Origin: Perna viridis
Lineage: Eukaryota
Direction: 5' to 3'
NCBI GenBank assembly: GCA_037379345.1
Contig: CM074516.1
Location: forward strand, 18,910,001 to 18,974,000
DNA: 64,000 nt
Below are positions 14,015-27,000 of this stretch, in pieces. Position numbers and translations under genes: made by a program. Under the pieces are notes generated by a model. It made no database searches and had not been told where the DNA came from. It saw nothing but the letters and a program-made list of their open reading frames with translations. Positions within the stretch are counted from its first letter, which is position 1. The number at the start of each line of letters is the position of its first letter.

Positions 14015-14629
14015 AGAAATCCACGAAACATTCTTTATCTGTGATTTTGTTAATAATTGTTCAATATGTGAATGTTATTTATGATATGCCATGAATCACT
14101 CTAATTATTTTTTTTGTAATAAATATTAAATTAAAATACTTTTGTTTTGCATATTACTTGCCTGAGATTGTAGATAAATGTATCCATTGGAAATTTAAAC
14201 AATTAAGTGTGGGTCTGTCTAAAATTCAGGCAGGGGGTGATTCATTATATCTCAATGATAATCAATGAAATTATTCAAACACCTCTATGACATCTGTAAA
14301 AAATCTCATCCTGTGTTTATTTACCTAGATTTGCTTTATATCGTGAAATATTGTTTGACTGATTATAGAGTAGAAATTTGGTGTGATATTTTCCTGTTTC
14401 CTGCAGTAGAACGTAATAAAATTATAAAAAAGTAAATAAAAAGTATTTATATCTACAGTTACAAACTTACATTTGCGTTCCTACTGTCAAATTTTGTTTC
14501 TAGGAGGCCTACTCATGGATTCAAAACATTTTTTGAATTGAGAAAATGCAGGAATTGCTTATCATAAGCTTCTCTCCGGCTTTTATGCAGAGCTTAACTT
14601 AAAGAATACACACTCAAATATGATATAGC

Positions 14630-15200
14630 AATGACTGTCCCCAATATTTAAAAAAAAAATAAAACGATTTCTTGAACGTCTTAAAATCTAACTTTATTGA
14701 TTTTAAATGGCAAAATTGGGTTCGAAATACGTTCAATGTTAACAATATAAGAACGTCACATTGTAATTAATATCGTCCCTTTTACTTTCGTCCCAACTCA
14801 GTTCCGAAGACCAAAAATAATATGGACTATGCTTTGCCTTAAAGCGAGTACAGCATTTCTTTTTGACCAATTTCAGTTTTCAGTGTAAATGATAGATATA
14901 GGTAGACACAAACCTGAGCACTGCTTAGTCAGCAGATAATTTTTACTACCCACATTTGTTTGAAACAAATTATCATTAAAATATATATGACTTATATAAT
15001 TATTTATATGAATGTGTTTTGAAGCGCATGTGCCTTAAATTCTGTCATTTTAGTATTGTTTACCATGGCTCAGAATTAGGGACGAAAGTAAAGGGGACGA
15101 CATTAATTGCAATGTGACATTCTCCAGTTTCTGATTTATACTTTTAGGCGTTCAGAAAATCGTTTTAGTTTTTCAAATAAATATAAGGAGGGGCACTTAT
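14630..15200. mobile_element. Fold-back / long-TIR element
   Basis: GTCACATTGTAATTAATATCGTCCCTTTTACTTTCGTCCC (~14755-14794) is the reverse complement of GGGACGAAAGTAAAGGGGACGACATTAATTGCAATGTGAC (~15079-15118). The outer AAAACGATTTCTTGAACG / CGTTCAGAAAATCGTTTT are also inverted. Confidence 0.65.
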
Positions 15201-15827
15201 TGTTATCTAACTTGCTCTCAATGAATACAAGGGTATGAGATTATTACCATACACCTATATTTAAACACATGAAAAAGAAAAGAGCACTCATTGAAGAGCA
15301 AAAATTAAGAAAACACTGAAACAACGTCGAAATACTGATATGAAATGTTGCGTATACCTGTAAGTCGCAAAATGAAAACAGTGTCGCAACCATTTGTTTC
15401 AAAATTACATAAATGGTCCATTATTCATTATGATATATATATAACTGTAATGAAATCGAAATGTCGTCGTTTTTGTGTTTTCATTTAGAATTGTAATGAA
15501 AGGAAGTCTAATTCTCCACTTATGTAGTTCTTGAGTAGTGAAACTTTGTGCTTCCCCGCATTTCAAGCGAATATAATTTCTTTTTGTAGTAACATGACAT
15601 AAAATATATTGACTTATGTCCATTTACCGATTGTAATGGCTATAATCATATTAAATTATCCTTATCATCCATTGAGTAGTTAATTAGTAATTATGCTTAC
15701 GAGATTTTGGAATGTAAAACACCTACGTTCGATTTTTTACCATTGACAGGCTTCGGACTATATTTATCTATACCTGTTCAATAAAATGTATGGAATCAAT
15801 TTTAAGCGGTTCAGGGTGGTTGTGCTT

Positions 15828-16206
15828 ACAATACACGTGGACCGAAGAATGGACTGATGATAAACAAATTGATAGACAGATAAAGCGATTCCAGTTAAAC
15901 TCCAAACTTTGTGGGTGAAATATAATGAAATCTGACATGATCCATTCACAATGCAAATTTGAAACAAATCAGGATAAGGATGTGTATTTGATAACGGCTC
16001 TTTGAAGAATTACAATACATGTGGACCGAAGAACCGATTGATGCTGATGATAAGCAAACTGATAGACAGACAGATAAAGCGATTCCAGTAAAACTCCAAA
16101 CTTTGCGGGTGAAATACAATGAAATCTGACATGATCAATTCACATTGCATCAAATTTGCAAAAAATCAGACTTAAGATGTGTATTTGATAACGGCTCTTT
16201 GAAGAA
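15828..16206. repeat. Direct tandem repeat, 2 x ~185-195 bp
   Basis: CAATACA.GTGGACCGAAGAA...GATAACGGCTCTTTGAAGAA occurs twice head to tail. Confidence 0.85.
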
Positions 16207-17429
16207 CTTTTTTTAGCTCTGTTTTTATTTTTTTAAATATAGTCAACCTTGTATTTGTTTATAAAATAAAACTGTGGTTATACGTTTGAACCGTTACACA
16301 CCGAGTTAATTTTAACGTGTTTTAAATTTCTCTATCACAAACATTACCAGCACGTACCATTTATACACTTGGTATACCTTGTAATTAATGCATTGAGTTA
16401 AATGGGCATTTCAGTTTTTTGGCTTCGTTTTTTTTCGTAAAAACGTTTCATATATTTTGTTTGATTGAAAATTGCTTTGTTGTACAGAACCTTTTTGTTT
16501 GAAGTTCTCAATTATGTTTTTTTTAAATAAAAAAAGTATTTTTTTGTAATTGTTTTATTATTAATGACATAGAATACGTTGAAACAAAAATGTAAAAAGA
16601 AGAGATAAGTTATTAAATTATCCAATAGAATTAGTTTGTTTAAAATCAGAAGACCCAAAAATCTATTCCAATTTGATTTAAAACAACGCAACAATGACGG
16701 CACTACATAAATATCCATATAATACCAAAAGCAATCATGAGCAACTAGGATATATGCACAATCTGAGCAATAATCAAAATACACTGAGGTGATAAGCATT
16801 CATTACTCTTCTCGAAACACCAACTATTGAAAAACTGTGATGAACGGTATAAAGTCGGGCTTATGATTGAGACAGGGACAACACATTATTCAAAATGTGC
16901 AGATTTTTGAATGACAGTAATAAACGACACTGAACTGATTTAATACTGTTTTTGAATGAGGTTTACGTACAGGAAACTTCTTGTCAAACCAACAACATTT
17001 GCTTGTAGGCTGATTTTATTTAAATAACTTTCTAAAATTGTTTCCCCCGACACAGGTTTTGCTTCTGGATGTTGGACAAAAGACCGTTTTGTCATTATTA
17101 TGACCATTGATGTTTCAACTCATTACAGGTTATGAAGTACGCACTTGAAGGAACAAATAAGAATATGAATTGAATGCTTAAAAAAAGAAGAATTCTAAGA
17201 ATTAAAATTGGTGTTCTACCATGATTTCGTTTGATTTATAAAGTAAACCAACAAACTTTTCTCCGTTACCTTTTCCGAATTATACTCACTTGAATCTGAC
17301 GGACACCTTCCGAGACTCCTGATTTCAACCCCGAGTTTTGATCATTTTGCTAGTTCTTTAGTTTTGTGTAACTTCTTGTTTCTTCAGTTTTTTGTATGTC
17401 ATATATTTTATTCCATTAGATACATTGTG

Positions 17430-17636
17430 TACTCTAAACGTATTAATTTTCGCGGATTCTGTCAAGTGAACATATTTGCGGGTATCAATTTTCGCGGTTT
17501 AAAAAAAAAAAAAAATGATAAGCCTTATATAGTGTAGAAAATCAATTTCGCGTGTACTATTTTTCGCGGTTTTCTGTCCACCGCGAAAATAGCGAAAATA
17601 AATTAGTACACCGCGAAAATTAGTACGTTTACAGTA
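17430..17636. mobile_element. TA-target MITE (TACTGTAAACGTA.TAATTTTCGCGG termini)
   Basis: TACTCTAAACGTATTAATTTTCGCGG ... CCGCGAAAATTAGTACGTTTACAGTA inverted termini; related fragments at ~44090-44205 and ~54848-54965. Confidence 0.75.
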
Positions 17637-18372
17637 TGCAGATCGTCTTTGTTTCATATTTTCACATTTATGCCATGTTGCTGTACAAATCCAAAACGTA
17701 CATGTTTCAAGGTGACTTCCTTATTTGGGCTATGAAGATTAAAAAAAAAAAGGCCAATTTATCTGTGTTTATATTACATTAGGGTAATTAAGGTCTGTAC
17801 ATAAATGTCACACAGTTCATGAGGCGTTAACCCAGGTTTCGCACAACTTGATCGAATTCGAAATTATCTTACACAGGGGGATATACAAAACTTTACATAT
17901 TGAATTTTTGAATTTTTTGAAAAATGGATTATCAAAATAAAAGACGCAAAACTTATTCTTTGCATATGATATCATTCTGATAAACATTTTATTTTTGTTT
18001 GTAAAAGTATTAGTTTTGCTGGTATTGCCGAACAAAATATTTTTTTTTTGTTCTCGATCCTTTACCTGCTCTGTTCACGATCAGGCTGCAATACTTGACA
18101 TATAAAAAAAATCGATCTGTTTACAATCATTTCTCTTGCCTGACAGTGTGACGGATTGGTATTATATTATAACAATTGGACATTCAGATTTCTTCACTGT
18201 CGATGGTTTGTTATCTGATGATCCACAACTTACAGTGTTAGGTGCTATATGTATTTTCGTAAGCATAAACAATACAAGTACAGTTCATATATTTTACTAT
18301 TCAAGTTACTAGTAATAAAACATAAAAAATGAACATGTTAGATTGTTATTGCACAGGAAGAGTTATATATTT

Positions 18373-21300
18373 TTATTTAATGTTGCTTTGTTTACAGCCC
18401 ACTTTAACGCAGCTACAAGCAGTTGCAACATTTTTTGTCACGAATTGAAGTTTAGCAAATGGACAATAGACGACCATTTTCCTATTGACGAAATTGGTTG
18501 GTTTACAATAATAATCTGCTTTTGTTCCATAATCAAAAGAACACCTTTTACGGAATACTGCCTTTACTGAAGGATTACTGAAAGACAAAAGAAAACAATA
18601 TTTGAATGCAGTTGATAAGTAGCATATATATTCTAATCGAAAAATGTAATACTTTGTTTACTGGTGTTGTTTAATCCACATTAATCTTCTTTCCTTTTGA
18701 CCAAGCACAAATAATTCTTTTTTATTCAAGATGATGATATGGTCCCTGTTCTGCGTTCCTCAGACAAGCCACGTAGGGTGGTAGAAAAGTAGATAGGAAG
18801 GTAGGTAGATGTTGGTTGGTTGGTAGATAAATAATTATGACGAGAATGGATTGAAAAAAAAAGGAATAAAGATAGGTTGGTAAGTAGATAGGTAAATTGG
18901 AAGTTGTAGGTAGGTATGTAGATATGAAGTATAAGGAAAGGCGACAAAAATAGGTAGGTAGAAAGATATGTAGTTAGAGGGAGAAAGGTAGAGAAAGGTA
19001 GGCAGGTATGAGATGGCTTCATCTCAAATAATTTAATAAAAACATTTAAAGGTGAACTTATATTGAAGACCTTGAAAATATAGCAAGGGATGCAACAAGG
19101 TTGATGTTGCAGCTATTAAAAAATGCAGTATTATTGATAAACCGAAGTTGACAAATAAAAACTATTCCCCAATGTAACAAAATTGAAATGATATAGAAAC
19201 TTTCTTCTTAATATAACCATTGCTTGTTCCATTTTTTACCTCAACATCAAGCGTGAATGAAACATATCGGTTAAAGAAAGCGTTTTGTTGTTTTATACTT
19301 ACCCATGAAAACATTCTGTCTTGTAAACTTTCTGCACATTAAATTCTTCACTATTAAAGACAACCTGACAAACTTCATCTCCAAATTGTTGTGTGAAGAC
19401 ACGTACGAACTCAATCAGTGTTTTGACTTCTCGACATACTGGAAATTTATCATAAACTTTGGATGCACTACAATAGAATAGTAATAACAATGAAAATAGA
19501 ACAACATTAAAAAATACCAATCACGTTTATCTTTCGATATGCTGTACACGTGTTTCAAGGAGTAACCTCTCATCAGCAGCATTAGAATAAAAATATAAGT
19601 ATGAAGATGTTTAATCAAAACTTAATTGTATAAAGTAATCGAACTAAAAAAATATCGAAAAAGGAAGCCAAATATAGATTATTTTGTAGAATCATTGTCG
19701 AGCTCTTAGGGTAGTACAAATCATTTTAAGCCACATTTTGTCATGTTTTATCTGAATAGACAAAAACCAAACATGCATCATATGTTGTTCAATAAGTTGA
19801 TTTTATAAAATGTATATATTCATCGTGGTATCCGGTCAGTCTTGGTATGTAGTAGATCTGTCTAACCAGTTTATCCCTGAAGTCATATATCCCAATGTTA
19901 ATTTTGAATATTTTAATTTCTATGCTGAATAGTTCAATGTGATTGAGTCAAAATGTCAATATAACAATGTAGCTTATCTTAACCACAACCAATAACTAGG
20001 GAACTTCATTATTGGTACCCTAGTACACTAAATCGTGCAGGTAAATGACAAATGGCACTAACTATCGTTTCAAGAGGTTGGAAGTATTGATGCGCTTTTA
20101 AAATTTTATTTTTGTTTTCTTTAGTGTTTTTTGTTCCAAGGCAGTCGGTATAGTTTCGCTTTTTACCCTTTGACTTTAAGGACGCTCTGCTGTGGAAACG
20201 CAAGTCACCTGATCGTATTTCTTTTTCCCGATTGGCCAAATACTGATAACTTAATGGAGTTAAAAAAAACAGTATTGAAAAATTGAAATTGTGTTCGAAA
20301 AAAAAAAAAAATAACCAAAATTTTAATTTGCATGTCATGCGTTATTTTCTTGAAAGAAATATATACACCAAAAAGTAAAAGGTACAAAATTTTACTGCGT
20401 CGGCTATCTTTTTTTTTTTTAAAGATGTTACTTGTTTTTAATCAAACTGTAAGAGCTGTTTCCACGTTTTGGTTAGAATATTGGATAGAAACGATTTAGA
20501 GTCGGTGTATGCTGTGTTTAATTCTGCTTAAACCGACCCAAATTTCCATCTGTTTATGACTAATGAAACGTTGCAACAATACACATTAAATAAAACACCA
20601 CTAAAGCAATGTAATCATGTAATCATTTAAGAGCGATATTCTGCATTCACATTCTGCTAAGACTCCATGTTTGAATGAGGAATTAGATTGTCATGGAATA
20701 AGTGCAAACTGATGAATGGAACAAACCTATACATCGTATCAAGTAACTACACTTCCTAGAATCATGAAGGAGGCGATTAAGGAGAAATGTCATATATTTG
20801 AATTCATTTATCTTGTTAAGAAGAAAATTCTACAATGCTGAAAAAAAAATCTTCATATGTCTTTGAAGGGAAAAATATATGTTTTGCCTTCATACCTATT
20901 GTTATTTAACCTTAAATTTCTTTTTAGCAGAGGTCATTTCAGTACAAACATATATGACACATTAGATGATGATAGAAATCTCTTTTTGTGCAGATATATA
21001 CAAGCTTCCCCTACAAATATTGTTTTTATTTCTCGGTTGTTTAGGTGTCAGAACTAGAAGCGACTATTCTGACATTTAACTTAATATGCAATAAATGCCT
21101 TTGATCAACGTAAGTTCAAAACTGTTATTGATTTACTCATAATTTGTTTTTGAATCGGTCTATTCTCGAGCCAGAGCTCAGGGAGAGATCCAGACACTTT
21201 GAAAATGAGTGGTGCTAGCCGTAGTTTCTCTTAAAACGGGGGTAGGGGTGCTAGAATATTATTTATCATTTTTTAATCAATTTTACACATGAAAATGAGT

Positions 21301-21382
21301 AATTTTGCAACAAAAAAGGAGGGATGCTTACCCCCTGCACCCGCTGTAGTTACCTCTCATTTCATTTGTTTTGCGTTTATTT

Positions 21383-21454
<72 letters not shown>

Positions 21455-23722
21455 AACCAAATATCAGTACTGACATTTTAGATTACTTATTTAAAAATAA
21501 TTTTACAATTCCTTACATAACTGTGACATCTCCTTAATGTTCCGCCCTTTTAGCTGCTAAGCGTAAATTCTTAGTCATTGTAAAATGCACTTACCTTCTC
21601 TTATTAGCTGTGCCTATACATGCACCAGAAAGTAATTTTGAATACTCTATTGAACCGTTGTACAGTGCTGATTTAAGTGTATTTCTATCAATAGATAATA
21701 ATAATAAAAATACAATTAAGACACGTGGAACATTAAATGGATCCAGATAAATTGAAGTTTTAGCGTCTACAGAAACCGCTGGGAATTGTCTTGTTCTGGC
21801 ATTTATAAAATTGCAGGGAGGACCAGTGTTTAACCCAATTTTTGAGCAATAAAAATATTTTTCAATACTTCCTTTCTCTCATTTTTTTTGCTTTCTAAAT
21901 ATTATAATCCAATGTATTTTCAGAAAAACTACAAAATAACGTATTAATTTTTGCGGTCTACTAACTTTTGCTATTTTTATGATGGACGAAAAATACTGAA
22001 AATGAGTCCTCATAACATTGATTTTTAACACTAGATAGTTTTTTTTTAAACCGAAAAGTTTTACCGAAAAAAAATAACCTGATAAAACCAGCAGAAATTG
22101 GCAACTGCAAAAAATCATATATTAAAAATAACTTCTGGTGACATAATTACTCTATTGAACCAAATGACTGATTGATATGCATGTGTATATGTGTACATAC
22201 ATGTAGCCGTTCCTTTGAGGAACCCTACGAAAAGAAAATATCACATAGGTTTTCATAGTATTATTTCTGTAAAGGACTTCGTTTCACACGTACAAATGTA
22301 ACGTTTAAGGTATCAAGTTCAAAAATACTTCAAGGAAATAAGAATTTAAACATTATGAAAAGAATATAATACAAGGATAACAACTAGACTGGATAAATAG
22401 ACATTCACAAGAAAGGAAATGAAATAACTAAAGTAATAACACGTATAATGAAAAAAAAAAGAAATTGAGCAACTTGGAAACAACTGAAACTTAGAGAATG
22501 GACCAGGTGCACCGGTAAGGTAACTGTCCTTTGCTTTTCGAGAAATTACTACCGACCTTATACCGTGAAATTACTATTATTCGTGGGGTATAAATCTTCG
22601 TGGCAAAACTACGAAATTTGGTTCCCAACGAAAAGGAGATTTTCATTGATGTGGATACCGAAAACCTCAAAAACACCAATTCAAGAATCCACGAACTTTC
22701 TTCCCTAATCCGCATAAATTGGTATCCACGAATTAAAGTACTTTCACAGTATCTATGAAGTGTGATTGTACGTACCTATCAAGAACATCGTATACTGGTG
22801 GTTTGTCGCACATCCATTCTCTTGAGGGAAGACATTGATTGTACATTCCATTGTACTGTTCACATGCAGGTTTGCTCCTTTCGATAGAGGGAACAAAGTC
22901 AAGAAATCTTTGGAGAGGTGTTGATGTCAATTGTTCAGATTGAACTAAGGAGGCAGCCACAGATAAAACGACCAATGTCCTGAACTGAACAACATAATTT
23001 TGCATGGTTGAATTTATTTCTTTATTACATTAGACAATAAAAACATATTGTGCTGAAAGACACAAAAAATAATATACGTATAAAAAATAAAATATAGTTT
23101 TAAAAGTAATACAAAGTAGAATAGAAATCCTAAGTATAGTAATGAGATAATTAATTGTAAAATAGGATTACGTTTTACGAAAAACGCCTAGACTTGATAC
23201 GTAAGTACAACTTGTCCCGCAAAAGAAATCTTTAAGCTGTGTTGGCCCAAGTAATTATAACTTGATTATTTGCGATAAGCCATTGATAGTTCTGCTACAT
23301 TTATAGATTTTCAAACATACCCATTGTTTAAGAAGAAACTGAGTATTTTTCAACCAAGGAATGATTTCTAAAAAAAGAATTTAGTAGAGACCTTTTAAGA
23401 CGCATTTCCTCATAACCATGATTCAGGAGTCTGTTACTCAGATATTTATGGCGTTTTGGAAAATCAGATAAATTAGTATTTTCTCAAGCGTAGCGAATTG
23501 ATTGTGATATATAAACACCATATGCAGAAAATATTTTCCCAAACGTCAACTAAAAATCTAATATAAAAAAACAAAAACTTTGAATAAGACTTTTGAACCT
23601 GGTTATTTTCCCTCTATCAGTCATCAAATTTTGAATCTAGTGTAAAAGACGACTCTAAACACTCTGATCAACATTGATATCTTTTAGAAATATGAGTTAG
23701 ACTTAAAATGTTACCTTACCAT
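18373..23722 (-). CDS. Gene A2: secreted Spaetzle/neurotrophin-like cystine-knot protein, 223 aa
   Basis: Exons 23722-23720 (ATG|gtaag), 22984-22776, 21684-21595, 19467-19303, 18577-18373; 672 nt in frame. MFRTLVVLSVAASLVQS...LQRFLDFVP...CEQYNGMYNQCLPSREWMCDKPPVYDVLDRNTLKSALYNGSIEYSKLLSGACIGTANKRSASKVYDKFPVCREVK...EVCQVVFNSEEFNVQKVYKTECFHGNPSVKAVFRKRCSFDYGTKADYYCKPTNFVNRKMVVYCP...VATACSCVKVGCKQSNIK. Confidence 0.88.
18770..19015 (+). repeat. Degenerate (GTAG/GGTA)n purine-rich low-complexity tract (A2 intron 4)
   Basis: Repeated aggtag/gtagat units. Confidence 0.7.
21387..21452 (+). repeat. Poly(A) tract, 66 nt (A2 intron 3)
   Basis: Uninterrupted run of A. Confidence 0.95.
22561..22751. 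mobile_element. TA-target MITE (A2 intron 2)
   Basis: TACCGTGAAATTACTATTATTCGTGG ... CCACGAATTAAAGTACTTTCACAGTA imperfect TIRs. Confidence 0.7.
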
Positions 23723-24086
23723 TTTACTCATGCCTATTTAGTGCCCCGCAAGTCTTTATTCCAAATAATTGTCTCTTTCTTTTATAGTTGTACCCATAAG
23801 GAGAAAAAAAACCTTTGAAAATAATCTTCACAGCCAATCAGACTACGTCTTTTCAATTAATGAACCTGGGTCAAAGTCGTTATAACCAATCAGAGGTCGT
23901 CAAATTAATAAATGATCTAGGATCAAAGGTACCAACTTGTTATGAATTTGGACTTTTTTACGGCTTGTTTTTAAGCAGTATATCAAAGAATAAAAAACCG
24001 CAAATGTCACCACCTAGTATATATAAGTTCTTCATTTCTATGATTACATTAAATTTGAAAGAGCACATTGAAATAGTAGAAACAAA
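23723..24086. promoter_or_regulatory. Bidirectional promoter and 5' UTRs, pair A2/B2
   Basis: 364 bp; TATAAAA on the minus strand at ~23780-23786, TATATATAA at 24018-24026, two CCAATCA boxes (~23834, ~23886). Confidence 0.7.
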
Positions 24087-27000
24087 ATGGTAAGTTAAAT
24101 TATTTTTATCTCAACCTTTTTTTACCAGAAAATGTGTTTTTCCATAACTTTGCCTTACACAATTGTGTATAAACATCAAAAGTAGGAAGCGTGTTGGTTT
24201 CCTCTATTACTAGGCGCTCCAGACAGGCCTTTGGAAATTCTCGGATTTAATTCAAATTGTATGTCTTTTGACACTCCGATAGGGTAGCATAAAATCATTT
24301 AGTTTTTCCCGACTTTGCAAGATTCTTGCATTTTCCGAGAGGGTTGGCTGCAGTGTCTAGAGTGAATTTCAAACGTCAGATCTGTTTGGAGTTTGCAGAG
24401 TAATCAAGGGAATCAAGCTTATAGCGGTAATAAAAAAAATGCAATCCAGGGACAAAGACCAGACAGGGAAAACAAACATACACAACATAGAACACAAAGT
24501 AACTAAAATCATACATACAAAGTAACAAAGGCAAATGAGCAACGCGGACTCCACTAAAAACTGGGAGCATGGACCAGGTGCACCGGTAGGGTAAGCGTCC
24601 TCCGCTTTTCTAGAAACACCCGCCGAGGTGCTAATGCAGAAGTAGAAATAAATGAATCGTTCAATGTTCACTACTAGTAATTTAAATATAGTTTTGTGCT
24701 TATGCTAAATAATGGGAAGAGTCTTTTATTATAGTCCGTTTAATACTTTTATTTCCAAATTGATTACCTGAGCAAGTGCGAATTCAAAATTGCATACATT
24801 CAATTTTACTCGTAAAAAAATAATTAAAAAAAAATAATTATTATGAATACTTTATCGAATGAGTTATAAACATTTTCAATGTTTCAATCACTACAATGTT
24901 CCCTAGCAGGAATGTTTTCATCCAATTAAGTCCAGGTAAAAGCACGGCAATGGGTAGCACATGAAATTTGTTTGTTTGTTTTTTTTTTAAATTTCATCTT
25001 TTTAATAGCACAAATGCATCCTTTCTCAAAGTTGGATTTTAATTTTTATTAACTGCAACCGTTAAAAAGATATTTTTGTTCGCATAATTAGAGTTATTTA
25101 ATCACCTTTTTAAATTAAATTAACTTCTCTATCCCCGAAAAAAAAATTGGGCAGGTGGTTAAATATTTACGCATAAGCATTCATTCTTCTTGTTAAATCA
25201 TTAAACACAGCACAAAAATATATATAAATAATTGTGCTTAATTAACATTTTTAGACAAGCAAGTTTATCAGGTGACAAAGAAAATGTATAACATATACTT
25301 TAATCAATATTTTGATGTTTTAACAGTGCTTATCATCCTTGATCATTACTTTAAAGGATTTCGTTTGAAATGGGCAGTAAAACAAAAAAAAAAAAAAAAC
25401 CAAAAAAAAAAAAAAAAAAAAAACCAAACAAACAATCAAGAAAAAATAAACAATACAAAACAAAACAAAAAGACAATAGAATTATGGCAGAAAATTGACG
25501 ATCACCTTTTTCTCCACTTCTCATAGGGTAAGTGTCTCAGACACGTCTGATGAAAATATGTTTATTGAAAATATGTTTAATAATACTGTTTATATAGGAC
25601 GTAGCTGTTTCCCATATGGACCGGTATTTATATTGCAGATAAGAGTCTTAGTCAATGTATTGGTTCTCCATGCTGTTGTAAATGCCTCACCACAAACGTG
25701 TGTAATTAATCCAGATGAGCTTAAATGGTCCAATGATAAGATATGTAATCAAACAATGGAATATCCACAGTATGTAGATGGTTTAAATATGTTTTCATTC
25801 TTTCTTAAAATATTTTAATAACATTTTAAACATCCACACCAAAACCAAAGTACAATGTAATGCACTTTAACCAAAAAGAACGCAATAGTCTTTTGTTCAT
25901 ACTCCCGACCTTGACGTCGTTTTTTTTCAAAAAGATTTAAAACAAAGGGTAGTAACTTTATCCATTTTTGCTATCCGGTAGACTGGTTTACTGGCAGGTT
26001 GGAGCAATGCACAGCAGTCGAATTCAAATATTAAATTTCAGAGCCGCGGTAAATACTTGAATACTTTTAAATAACTTATTACAACCATTTAGGTACTTAA
26101 CGAAGTAAAAATAGTCTAAATCAAAAAAAATGTTTACTATGTTCCCTTTCGCCAATGAGACCGTTAACCAAGTTGTCGTGTATTGGTGGGTTATGACCTT
26201 TGAAAAACGTGATTCAACGGCATGCATTTCTTAAATATGAAAAACGGACTATTGCACAGGAAAGACCAAACAAATGTATAGACACTCAAAACAGAATTCC
26301 TGAAATAACTTAAATACTACCTAAAAGTAAAGGAGCAAAACAGACATTTTTAAAAACTTGGAGCACTGAGCTGGTGCAGTGGAAGTTTTGTGCTTTTCTA
26401 GGATCACCGGTCAAAACAAGTTTTTTTTTTTACATGTAAAATATATCATATCTTATATGATAATGAACTTGATAAACTTCATTTAAATACAAACAGAAAA
26501 ATGAAATTTAAGTTCTGAAAAAAGTTATCAAGCAAAAAAAAAATAATAGTCAATATACCAAGGTAGTTCCTTTACAGTGATACTATTGAAAAGGCATTAA
26601 TGGCTGATGCAGAAAAGTTGGCATTCGTGGAAAATGCGGCAGAGTTTTATAAACCACTACCTTACCAGAATGTAGAGTAAGTTTTTGCTAGAGGACTGTG
26701 ATGTTCTTTTATCATGTTCAGGATTTTGAAAATATATAGTCCACTACTTTTGTACATAATCTTTTGAGAAACATACACATGGGTTTGACTGGGTACTGCA
26801 ACACCTTACGGGTGCAATGGAAATATCAAAAGTAAGGGACACCGCTGCTGGTGGATTTTGTCCATGACGGATCATCAACCCAGTAATATAATTCATGGTT
26901 TTAACTAGAAGAATGCATGCAAAACTGGCTCGGACGTCGCCCAATATAAAAAGGTCCGAACCTGACAACAGACCAGACACCCTGTTGTCCTGCAAGACTG

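Noticed and set aside
21289-21537. Poly-lysine ORF (also 25272-25526)
   Set aside because: Artefact of intronic poly(A) tracts.
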